NCBI GenBank assembly: GCA_030264375.1
Contig: JASCQW010000098.1
Location: forward strand, 80,497,297 to 80,561,296
DNA from: Carcharhinus longimanus
Taxonomy: Eukaryota
DNA length: 64,000 bases
Reading direction: 5' to 3'
Both the position numbers and the translations under genes were made by a program. Shown piece by piece: positions 52,100 to 64,000 of the stretch. Under the pieces are notes generated by a model, which was not told where the DNA came from, searched no databases, and saw only the letters and a program-made list of their open reading frames with translations. Each line of letters starts with the position of its first letter. Position 1 is the stretch's first letter.

Positions 52100-54010
52100 T
52101 TCATCTATCCGCTCCTGTGCATTCCCTTGTTTTCTGTCTTGTAGGTGCCTTTGCCTGGCCCAGTGCTCCTATGCAACGATGTCCCTCTGGCTGCAGCATA
52201 ACTGATGGAAGGCTGCTGATGAACTTCACTGCCTGAGGCTGCAGGTAACCTCACAAGGTAGCCTCAGGCAGCTCTGGGTTTTGTGGGCCTTGCTTCTTCT
52301 TTGCCAGCTTGACATGGCTGGCTAGATGAAAGGCAGTAGTAAAGTATTAGTGGAGCAGCAGTGGTGGGAACACAAATGATGTCATCCTGAAAGAGGACAG
52401 CAGGCTTTTATAACTCAAAGCCACCACCATTCCCCTGGGGCAGTCCCTCATTGATTCTAATAATCTATTGGAAAACAGATTGCTGGGATGCCCTGAGAGC
52501 TTGCATATCCCTTTTGATATTGCTATCTACAGATATAATGGCAGATTGTGACTTCATGCACCAAACTGGTCCTGCATGGTAACAAGCTTGGATCTCAATG
52601 TATCAATCAGAGCTTCTACTACAAAACTGAGACATTAGATGGCTTCTGCCAGTGTCTTAAGGGATGCTGAGATGTTGAGCACCTAACACCGCAAGTGCTG
52701 TCATGGAGCTGACCACTGCTTCTGCTTTGGAAAGGATGAGCTCATTGCTCTGCGTGAAGCCCTGGACCAAGTCGGAGCTGGATTCGTCCATGTACCTTGA
52801 CAGTGATAACCGGCTTTGTGACAGATCTGCCAAGGCGCCAAACATCTCAGCTGGCTTGCCCTTCTGTGTTTTCCTGTGTACTGCCTCATTAACATCCTTG
52901 TCTGAGTCTTCTAAAGTGGAATTTATATGCAACATACCCTTCCTGTGAACTTGCATGCATGTTATCCTTGCTCCCTTGGTTGGTTGCAGCCCACTTATGT
53001 CCACTGATTCACCATGTACTGATCCTGGCTCTATACTAACCTTTAAAGTACGCACAATGCCATTTCTGGATTGGTGACTGTGAATGTCAAATGGATTAAT
53101 GGTATTTCTTCATCAGACATCCGTTGTTGCATGGTGAGACTGCATTGGCTGACCAAGTGGTTGTTCTTGGGTATCTGAAAGCAACAATGCAGAAGAAAAC
53201 AGTTTAAGCAGAGGAAGGGGTTAGAGTGGAAAATAGAAGGTCCGCTGTCTTGTCATCTGCATTTACACAACATGCCAGATTGCGAAATGAGACTAATGTG
53301 AAATTTTAAAAGGTGCATAAAACAGGAACATGCATCAGCTTCAGTCACTGCTGGCTCTCTAATGTAGAGCATTATCTCCTCAAAGGGACTCAGGTGATAC
53401 AGATGTGCATAGTCTCCGATGTCTTTCTGTTGCTCCCTGTGGTTATGTGCAATCTAGTTCTACAAGGCAGAGGGAAGCATGTCAATGAGAATGTCAGTTG
53501 CCGCACGCTTTGGTGATATGCTGTCATAGCTGCACAGCTGGAAATCTGTGAAAGCTGCAAGACGTTGGTGAGATGCTGGCAGCTTTGCTAAGTACGTGAG
53601 GGTGAGGTGGTGCAACTGGAAGCTAGACATTAGTTCTGATTGTTGAATGATAGGCTGTAGCACAGAGCAGTGTGAGAGATCAATGGTGCACTAGGTAGGA
53701 AATGGCATTTGCAGATATATTTGCCGAAGGCAAACACTTGCATAAGGTATTTGATTTTTTTGCAGTCCTGCAACCAGATCCTGAGGGCAAAATTCCTAAA
53801 ATTCATCTCCCAGGCCACCAGCTTCTATTCCTCTGCAGGGTATGCCTTGGATGATCCCATTCTCCTTCAAAAACAAAAAGGCCTCCACCATGCAGTAAAG
53901 ATCAAAGAAACTCTCTCTGGCCTATTGGCAGTCTTCTTCCTTTTTGCAAAGACTTTCAGAAGTAGTTCCACCTTCCTCTTCAGCTTTAATGTATCTCCCC
54001 TTTGAGAAGG
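52100..54010 (-). mobile_element. Harbinger Myb/SANT gene relic
   Basis: Minus strand AWEMNFRNFALRIWLQDCKKIKYL (exon 1) and IAHNHREQQKDIGDYAHLYHLSPFEE (exon 2). Confidence 0.65.
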
Positions 54011-57000
54011 CCAGACGGTCTTTGAGAAGTGTAGACTAACTAGATATCATATTCATCAAAAACCAATTTGAACTCCCTGATGAGCTTGCAGTCAGTGAGT
54101 ATAACATTTTGTGCTTTGTTGCATGTCACAATTGTTGAGCAATCAGCATGAAGTTTATTTGTTACCTATCTCATGTCGACTGGGATTGGGTAATCGTACA
54201 TTGTGATGCTGCACTTGTTAAGTAGCCTAATCGAATTTTTACCTCTTTTTCCTTTATCTAGTATTTACAAATGTTCACATAGAAAACATATAGACGGTGT
54301 ACTGCTGGAAATTTCCATGCTTGTTCTGAACATGGTGAAGTAGATTTGCACCAAACTATTTATGGATAATTTGCAAAGGATTACAAGATGTAAAATTACT
54401 CAAAGAATTAAATTGCAGGTGCTGCTGACTAGTTTTCTATTAGTAGAATAGAACATTCTACTAATTATTAAACTGATTTAAAACCAGATTATATTTCATG
54501 GATTAAAGCCAAATTGGATAATAGAATGAACAAATGCAAGACAACAAGGATTAAAAGGACTGAATAAAAAATAAACTGGTGGGGTCCTGCAGTGAAGTGT
54601 TCAGTCACCTAATCATGTATTCATAAATAAAAAATAGGATAGTTATTTCTTCGAAGTATGATATGACTTGTAACATAATGACCGGAATTTTCAGATGTTG
54701 ACCACAGCCAAGATTCCCCAGCCATGCTGCAGTGAATAGCATTTTGGCTGAGTGTCAAATTCTCCATTCGCGCTGTCAGCAGTGGCGGGGCAAACGAGAT
54801 CAGAGAAACCCAGCCAATACTTTCTGTTGATGACAAGTTGTCTGTTCTGGTGATAAACAGAACATAAATTGATGGAACCATTCAGGTAGTTTGCCTGAGG
54901 ATTGAATAATAAATTAGTACCTTTATCCGTGTTAAAATCTGTTAGAGGACTATAATAGGCCAAAACCCTATTCTATTTGAGCAAAACTGAAATCTGGGCA
55001 TGCTTTTTTCAAAAAGACATTGGCCAGAAATTTCAGCCACTCATTGCTGCAAGCGAGCACGGAGAATTTGGCATTCAGCCAAATTTCTGTTCACTGCAGG
55101 GGATGCAGAGAATCCTGCTGGCATGAACGGTTAGAAAATTCCAGGCAATAATGTGTTGCAGAGGATTGAACAAAGGATATGGATGATTTGGGAGCCAGAC
55201 CACAATAAAGACTAAAAATAATAATCCAGATCTTTAAAATGCTAAGAGGAATAAATAATGTAGCCAAAGCAGGTTGTTTACTTTACACTGTGGCCTGAAA
55301 TTAAGGAACTGAGTTCTGAAAGACTTCATCCTCAGAATATGGTGGATGTTTACAATAAAACACAAGTTAATGTCATGTTGTTGAACATCTTTTTTTACTT
55401 CAATGAGTATCTAATTTAGAGCCATGTTGTGTGTTAGAATAAGTGCAAAATACTCATTGCAATAAAACCTGTTGAGGTTTATACAGGTGCCATTCTAAGA
55501 AAGGAATATAGAGTTAAATAAGCATCTGAACTTCTTAAATTTTGCTCAGCTTATTTTGTTGAAGAGGAGACATGGAGAAAGCTGAATTGACTAGTTAAAT
55601 CAATGAGGTAAATCTCATGATTGAGTGGATTGTGCTGGTCATATTCACTATCTTGGGCAATATTCAAATAAAACATTTAACTAATAAATCAGTTAACCAG
55701 GTAATTAAAATGTGTATATTCTGCAATAATGCAATCAGTCAAAAAAAGAATACAAGCCATTTCCTGTTAACCAGGCTTATATTAAGTCCACACCAGTGAG
55801 CTGACAGATAATCTTTTCTGGCAGTAATATGTTAATGTTTTTTATTTACCTCTAATTAAAAATGAAGCCATGCTCATGTTTAAGAAAATAAGAATACTTA
55901 TTTTTTTTAAGAAGGTGACCTTTTCTGACTGAAAATTCCAATCTGTTTGGCTGATATGCAGGAATCAACAATAAGCATACTGGAATTTTTCATGGATCTG
56001 TCTATTTTACTAGGCAAATATAAAAAGTTGCAAAAAAGATGAAATTCTAAAGGTGTAAGAGAGGAAGGAAACACAAATAGATAGGACTGCAAACTCTTCA
56101 CTGTGTCAATTTTCTATTGGTTGTTTTTGCACAAAAGTCTGATGGCTTTTATATCAATGGCATTCCAACGTCACAACTGGTTTAACATGGTTCTGTCTAA
56201 AAGGTATTGAAGGACATCACCCTATATGAGTCACAATTAGTGAATGCACCCACAGCTACTTTGAATACTTTAGTTCATGACAGCTGCAGTTTTTTGCTAA
56301 GTGCTGGAAAAAATATATAACATCTGAAAATCATTTATGCAGAACTAAATTGTATATGCTGTTTGCCATTATTGATGCGAAAATGAGATGTTCAGCTTCA
56401 TTTATTTTAAAGCCTGTTCATTACTTTGAATAGTTTCACCACTGGTTCAATATGATCAAAGTTTGCATTTGTGTAGAAGTGCACAACTGTACACACCTAG
56501 TTGCCAAGGGGAAGGATTTATTTTCATTAACGTTGAAGGTATTTTGAAGTGATTGATAATCAAGCTGATCTACTTTTCCAGATTGATAGGCTGGTTTATA
56601 CAAGAAATGATAATGCCTTGGGCTGATAATTGAAATAACACAGATGAATGCAGTTAAGCATGACTGGTCTAGTTAAATTGCACAATAGCCAGAAAAAAAA
56701 GTGAAGATCCTGTATTCTTGTACATATCACAGAAACCAATGATGTAATGAAAAGGAACAGTCAAACTAAAAAAAAGCAATAAAGTAGAGCACACCATTAT
56801 AGGCATTTGGGCTGAATTCTAAAAAAAAGCAAAATTACTACTAATTCCAATGTCAATTTCTTTGACTACAAAATGTGATTGTGTTAGGAATGTCCTGAGT
56901 AGCTGAAAATATATGACAGTTCTGAATGACAAGCAATCTAAAGAACCATGATAGATCATAAATATTTACAATTCAGAGCTCACTTACAGCTTAGTGATTT

Positions 57001-59099
57001 TGCTTTTTGAACAGTGATATTCTTTTCCAGTACACGTATCACCAGACTCCAGCACATGTAACAGCCTATCAACTTACACGCTGTTGAATTTAAAGAAGTA
57101 AATTCTCTGTGAACATAATACTTAACGTTGGAATGAAGGCAAAGAAGATACAACTCATGAAAGGTTTTAAACCATGTCCAACTAAATAAGCAGATGATTC
57201 AGNNNNNNNNNNNNNNNNNNNNNNNNNNNNNNNNNNNNNNNNNNNNNNNNNNNNNNNNNNNNNNNNNNNNNNNNNTGTGCAAATTGAGATGAGCCATAGC
57301 AATATCATCATAATATTGTAGATGGTGGAATCTGAAACAAGAACAGAGGCACGCTAAAAAATGTTCAGCAGGTCTGGTAGCCTCTATTAGGGGAGAAACA
57401 GAGCTAACGCCTCAAGTCATTTGACTCTTCGTCAGAGCATAGTAATGCTTTCCATTTAATAATACTCTTGAGAACCCTTGAGTCAGATCAAATGCGTATA
57501 TATTTGGAGTAGTCCCAGATATAAAAAAATAGAAAACCCAGGAACCTACATAGACATACTATTATACCCAGAGATGCACATAGCAGTATCAGTAATTTTT
57601 ACAAAGGAAAAATACTGCAGATACTGGAACTATAGAAAAATAAAATCAACCTGAAATATCAACTCTGTTTATATCCACAGATGCTGCCTGACCTGCTGAG
57701 TATTTTCAGCATTTTCTGTTCTTATACCAGTAACTTCTGTTTGTGTTTTGGGTTTGTTTTGGGGAAGAATGTGGCAGGAAAGTTGGGGAGACAATAAAGC
57801 TTGAAGTTATTTAAGTAAATGTCCAAACCAGAAGGCTGCAGAGTTCCCGGGAAGGAAAATAAGTTACAAGGATGATTTGTATCTGCATTACGCTCCATAA
57901 TCAGGATCGAGCTGTCTTGTGTGCTTCCAATTCTAAAATGTTCATTTTTACATCTCAATATCTATGTTCTTTAACTCTTGCCATAAAACTTTATATGTTT
58001 GAGGCACTACTTTGAACCTGGATCCCTAAATTGTTCTGCTCCTCCAAATCACTCAACTTTCTGATAAGATTATCAGTTAGGCTCACTTGCTAGAAGCTCC
58101 ATATATTTGTTAGTGGCGACGTGTTCTCTGCAGGCAAAAGAAGCATTTCCAGAATTGTGCCTTGTTTGCATTAAACAGAAGTGTGGAGGACAGTTATTCT
58201 ATGGCAACCAATCAGAGTTGACTTGCCAATCAACCAGGATCCTTTTCTGGTGTCCTGTTTTTTTAGCAATATTCAAATTTAAAATAACCCCCTTGCTTTT
58301 TGTACTCCATTCCCCCATTAATATTGTCCTGCCAACCTCTCCTGTCACCTTCAATAACGTACCAATTTTTTATCCGTTTTCTGGACACAAATATTGTCCC
58401 TTTTATTATGTGAATGATAATGTTGCTCGCCCGTCTCTTATACAGCACTATATCAAATATATTTTGAAAGTCCATGTACAAATGTTACCCCCAGCAACCC
58501 TCTCTGTTAGCACTTCAAAAAATTCCAGTAGGTTAGCTAAATATGATTTATCCTTAACAAATCCATGCTGACTTTCCTCAACCTGCATTTGCTCAATTGA
58601 CAATTAATTCTGTCCCAAATTGTTGTTTCTGGAAGTTGCCCCGCCACCGAAATTAAACTGATTGGCCTGTAGTTGCTGGCCACACAGTCCTTTTTGCATT
58701 ATTAAACAATAGGCATTTTAAATATGTTTACTGTTTGCCAGTTTTGTCATTTATATGCTATTTGCCTGACATTTCTCAAAAGTATAAGATTTATTTTTGT
58801 TCACAAAATATGGAAAACAAGGTTGTATGTGAAAATTGGTGGAGCCTCTTTAGAGCAGCATAACACTGGTATGAAAGAACTTTTCCCATGACGTCCAGGA
58901 GTGAGAAATGCAAATGTTTATTTTATCATTTTACAGTAGTTGAGAAAGTATTAGCAAAGCTTTTGGGTTAGGTCGTGTTGCACTTTCAAGAATGTGCAGC
59001 AAGACCTTGTGGTATAATACAAGTCAGGTAGGGTCAAGCCCTAGGGATTACAGTGAACATTTCACACACTCTGAAAACTTGTTTATTCATGACTCTAAA

Positions 59100-59488
59100 T
59101 GCAGAGCTCTGTGTTTCCTTCAGCTGTACAAGGCCTTGACAAAACCACATCTGGAGTACTGTATACAGCGCTTAGAGTGTCCTTATTTGAAAAATATATG
59201 ATTGTTTTGGAAATAGTTCAGAGACATTTTACTTATTTCATTCCTCAGATGAAGGGCTAACCTTACAAAGAAAGGTTGAGCATCTACACATTGGAGTTTA
59301 GAAGAATGAGAGGTGATATTGAAACATATAAGACCCTGAGGGAACTTGATGGGGTGGACATCATGAGAATGTTTCCTCTTTTGGGAGAGACCAAAACTAG
59401 GGGGCACTGTTTAATAATAAGAGACTTCTCCTTCAAAATAGAGAGGAGGAGAATTTATTCTCTGAGGGTCATTAGTATGTGGAATTGA
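59100..59488 (+). mobile_element. CR1 3' fragment
   Basis: LQLYKALTKPHLEYCIQ; LEFRRMRGDIETYK. Confidence 0.85.
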
Positions 59489-60065
59489 TTTGCAATCCTT
59501 CCAACAATGGGAACAGTTTCTCCTTATCTACTCTGTGAAGAATCCTGATGCTTTTTAATACTTTTAACAAACCTCTTCTCAATTTTCTCTTCTCCAAGGA
59601 GGACATTCCCTCTTTCTTTCTTTTATTCACATAACTGAAGTTCCTCATCCCTGGAACCATTCTCAAATCTTTTCTGTATCCTTTCCACTGCCTTCACTTT
59701 CTTTCTAAAATGTAATGACCAGAGCTGGGCACAAAACTCCAGTGATGACTGAACCAATACCTTTGCAAGCTTATCATAACTTCCTTGTTTTAGTACCCTC
59801 TGCCCTATTTATAAAGTTCAAGATCCCATACGTTTTATTAATTAAGCTGGCAACCTCCCTGCCATCTTCGGTTTTCTGCACTTACACCCCAATGTCCCCT
59901 CTGCGCTTGCAAACCCTTTAGAATTGTACCCTTTAGTTTATTTTACCTCTCCCTATTCTTCCTACAAAAATAAAATCTTTCACACATCTCGGCCTGCTCA
60001 TTTAACCAACCTCTCTACATCCTTTTGAAATTTAACACTATGCACCTCACAGTTCGCAATACTTG
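59489..60065 (-). mobile_element. CR1 3' fragment (tail-to-tail with previous)
   Basis: RMVPGMRNFSY...SLEKRKLRRGLLKVLK...VDKEKLFPL. Confidence 0.8.
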
Positions 60066-62049
60066 TATCTTTGAGTGATGTCTCCAACAAGCAACCTGTA
60101 GATGAGGAAGAAAAGGAAAGCAAGCATAGATCCTTGTGGCTCCAGGGATAACAGTCTGGGATGGGAGGTGTAGTATTTTCCACACATGCTCTGACTGTGC
60201 TTTCTTGGGTAAGAATGGGACCACTGAACTGAACAATGTAGGAGACTAACGGAAGAAAGGTACAGTGGTTGATTATGTCACAGATTGCAGAGAAAAGGAA
60301 AAAGAAAATGCAATGCTTGAGCTGCCAGCCCCCAACACTTCAAATCTAACATTTCTCTCCTTTCATTTAAATTCTTCATGGCCTTGCAAGTCCCAATTTT
60401 GCAACATCTTCCAACCCAACAACCATCCAGATAACCCTGCAATCCTCCAACTCTAGTCTCTTTTGTGTTCTGTAATCCCTTCATCCCCACCATTGGTGGC
60501 TGTGCCCTCAGCCACTTTGGCCTGAAGTTTGAAATTCCTTCCCAAAGTGTATTTGCCTTAGCACCTCCCTCTCTTCTTTTATGAATCCCCTTAAAACCCA
60601 TCAGTTTGGCCAAGCTTTGTCAGCCTGACTAAGAATGGACATTGGATGGACATTGACTTTTCTCTAATTTGAAAGCATCATATAAATGGATGTTTTGTTT
60701 TATTGTAATTGCTTGACCTTTGTTCGTTGCCCCTCTTAATAATCTGGCTGACATGAATAATCCATGACAGACGACCTGCACACTTACCACTTCATGCCAA
60801 AATACACCCATGTCCTCAATGTAAAAGAATTTAAAATAACAATTTCTTCTTTTTCACTTGTGTAAAAACATCAGCTGTTGCTCTGAGGATGAATAATCCT
60901 CTAGTAGAATGTCTCCAGCCCCAGATACTTACATAATTATTCATGTGTAAATGAACCCACAGTCACCTGCTCATTCAAACACATAACTTCAGATCATCTT
61001 CAACTACAAGGACTCACAAAGTTATACCTTGTCAGGTTTTTGGACAAAAAAAATCCCTCCTAAAAGTCCTAGAAATTAAATCTGTTGTATATATAGGACA
61101 TGTTTTTGTAGACATGTAATGCAGGTTGCTTCATTTAAATTTAAAGAACTTTTTTTTTACACACTGGGCTGCTTTAGCATGCAGAAGTTCTCAGCAGTAC
61201 TGGGAAGTTGATGTGATATAAAAGACAACACTAATAATCTTACTAGGAACAGAACTACTGACTCATATACGCAACCATCTCAATTTCATTATACCCTTGG
61301 CAACTGAGTTCCCTTGCAGCTTTAAATGCATACATACTTGTATCTTCTATGAAAGATGCCTGCATTCATTATTATATCAAATAAAGGTTTCTGACTTTTT
61401 TTCTGTCCACGCGCTTCCTTTTTTTCTGCTACATGCTTTGCACCCACTTGCAAAAGAAGACGTCAATTTTTATAGTTGTAAAATTGTTCCAGTTTTTGGG
61501 CATTTCTGGAGTTAATGTCAGTACCATTGTATCAAGGACAAGTTGTATTATTGGTAACTGAAAAGACGACTGAGCAATTTTCATACTTTCCTCAGACAGA
61601 CCTAACTTCAAATCTGTGAAATAATTGCTGCAGTAAGTTTAAACTGATGTGTAAACTTTGGAAGTCCAATGCTGTACTATCAAAGTTACTGAGATTCAGT
61701 CATTAAAAATTGGCCTCTTATGTATTTGAAAGTGGTGGAGTTGATATTTGTTTCTACATATAAATATAAATTAAGTGCTCAAGGGATTATGCTTAATGAA
61801 TTGTGTGGTCTGACTACAAATACAAGGAACAGTTGGGTGAAAGTTCAAATACTTACTCAAAAGTGTTACAATATTTAGTATTCATTATAATAGTATCAAT
61901 TTATTCATAAAAATAATGGGTAGGGTCATATAATTATTCTACTGGACAATTGATCCAGCGAATGAGTTCAAATTCCAAGATGGAAGATCAAGAATGCCAA
62001 TACCATACCAATAGTAATAAACTGCCCCTAAGTTTTTCTACTTTATACT

Positions 62050-62380
62050 TTTATGAGATGTAGGCATTGCTGGAAGGGCCAGCATTTGTTGCCCTTCTGG
62101 AATTGCCCACGAACTAAGTGGCTTGTGAGGCATTTTAGAGGGCAGTCAAGTGTCAAATACATTGTTGTGGGTCTGGAGTGAAGGCTAAAGATGGCAGCTT
62201 TCTTTCCGTAAAGGTTGTTAGTGAACCAGATGGGTTTCTACAACAGTGGTCATTACAGAGACGAGCTTTCAAATTCCAGATTTTATAGGTGGGATTCGTA
62301 CCTATGTTCCTCAGAGCAATAGACTGCGTCTCTGGATTACTAGTCCAATGACAATACCACGATACCACTGTCTCCCCTAA
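62050..62380 (-). mobile_element. tRNA-derived shark SINE nested in an older + strand copy of the same family
   Basis: Reverse complement head ggtattgtcattggactagtaatccagag; older + strand head at ~61915-61990 and tail at ~62455-62525. Confidence 0.75.
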
Positions 62381-63667
62381 GTGTCATTCATTTCTGTCCC
62401 TGCTAGGCCCTGACAGCAAGATGAGAGCACCCTCACCATATGGACTGAAGTGATGCAGGGAAATTAGGGATGTGCAATAAATGTCAATCTTGCCAGCAAC
62501 AACCAGATTCCAAGAACAAATACCAATAATTGTATGAGCCATTTTAAAGTGTATGTGTCACGTAACTTCAAATACAATTGAAAGTATAACAACAGTGGCT
62601 AGAATTTCATTGGAGATAAAGCAGTCCAGCATCTAGAAGGTGTTGTTAAACATTTAGGAAAGACATGCAGAATAAAGTTTCAACAATTTTGTGGAAGGAT
62701 AAAAGTTTTTTCTGTTAAAATTTTCATTACATGTGCATTTTAAGCATTTTTAAGATATAATTTTAACCAAATCATTCCATGCTGTTTTATGTCAGAAAAC
62801 ACCCTATGCATCTTTCTTTGAATATTTTTATCTTAAAATCCACAGTATGTGTTGGGTTGTTTCTGATTCATGTGACATCACTGAAAAACACAGACAAGTT
62901 TAACAATTCTGCACTGCAGGATTTAGTTGTCAAGCTCTGGACATAGTCCAGGCCTTGTAGATAAAGAAAGAGTCATGCTAAATATGCCAATTAAGTGTTG
63001 CAGGGGTAATATTTCAAACATTAAATGTTTTGAAATACTACATTTTAGGACATTATCTTAGAGAAAGCTCATTACTGTGGTTGTTAACCGATCCACTCCT
63101 TTATATTTCTTTCTGCCGTGTGATTGAAATAAGGAATTTCATGGCTCTGTGCTCTGACTGCCATATAACCGGCAAAAGAGTATGTTTATACAGCATCCTG
63201 GAAATTAAATAATTATGAAGTAAATGCAATTCACAAAACACAAGTTAGCAGACTGTTGAACAGTTGGACAAGGAAAATGGATTCAAATTTGAAGCACTGC
63301 CCTGTGATTTATCTGGAGAGGTTATCAGTCTGTCACCTCCAAAGCTTTTATCAATACTGTTTTTAGCCACAACAGTAACATTTTGTCATGTAAACGTTGT
63401 AATTAATTAACTAATGTATTTAATAAGAAGGAGAAGCTTTAAAACAATTCATGCAAATATCTGAAAATAATGTTTCCTTTCAAATTTTTGTGGTAATAGA
63501 GAAGTGTTATTGTCTCCCTTACAGAATACAATGATAGAGAATTTATTACTGGAAATCTATTACTATAATTATGAGAAGCAAGCTACTTTTGAAAAGCGAC
63601 TTTGCATTTTTTCAGTTACTATTCAAACTAAATCAATCCCTTGTCATATACACTTCTTCCCTGACAG

Positions 63668-63808
63668 CCTATCGGATCTTTGAACCCAAAACGTGCCGTA
63701 TTCTATGCTGAACGTTATGAAACATGGGAGGATGATCAAATTCCACCTTACCATTACAACACCCATTATTCTACAGCTACTTCCACACTATCATGGCTTG
63801 TCAGAATC
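63668..63808 (+). CDS. NBEA: Neurobeachin coding exon (BEACH domain)
   Basis: gacag|CCT...ATC|gtaagt; [47 protein letters not shown]; NBEA-type [15 protein letters not shown]; 141 bp, phase 0 to 0. Confidence 0.97.
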
Positions 63809-64000
63809 GTAAGTACCTTCAGTTACATATTATTTAAGAATTACATGATCTACAATAGAAACAGAACATTCAGCCTAACTGGTCCAAATCAGTGTTGTTT
63901 GCTATGTTCTTGGGAATCTTACTGTGGATTTTTTTTTAAAGGTGACATTGTGAATTTTTTGAAGACATAGCAATGTGTTCAGTTATTGTGACTTCTCTGT

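Noticed and set aside
58107-58571. 154 aa + strand ORF
   Set aside because: Largely antisense to a decayed CR1 RT (minus strand YMDFQNIFDIVLYKR); no recognisable domain or splice context.

Overview
Vertebrate genomic DNA, almost certainly a cartilaginous fish (shark-type V-SINEs, DeuSINE, tRNA-SINEs, CR1/L2/Rex1 LINEs, Penelope-like foldbacks, PIF/Harbinger relics), from a gapped draft assembly. The only intact host gene content is five + strand coding exons of neurobeachin (NBEA; PH and BEACH domains) at 32411-32528, 32692-32794, 36798-36913, 39051-39163 and 63668-63808. All have GT-AG sites and compatible phases. The rest is NBEA intron. The first 32 kb is, from my recollection of vertebrate gene structure, the 3' part of the intron that hosts the antisense MAB21L1 gene, which is not in this window. 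It contains repeat-free, motif-dense islands that are candidate conserved enhancers. I found no evidence of a new protein-coding system. The most unusual structure is a ~270 bp, ~97% identical inverted duplication (9564-9832 vs 10958-11227) of a dead Harbinger transposase core, with an 8-bp direct repeat at its junctions. Other notable items: a truncated Gmr1-like (SCAN-gag) LTR element with a tRNA-Pro primer site, multi-level TE nesting, a possible 5'-inverted CR1, and a closable false gap. TE boundaries are approximate unless TSDs are quoted, and family assignments come from recognised motifs, not database searches.
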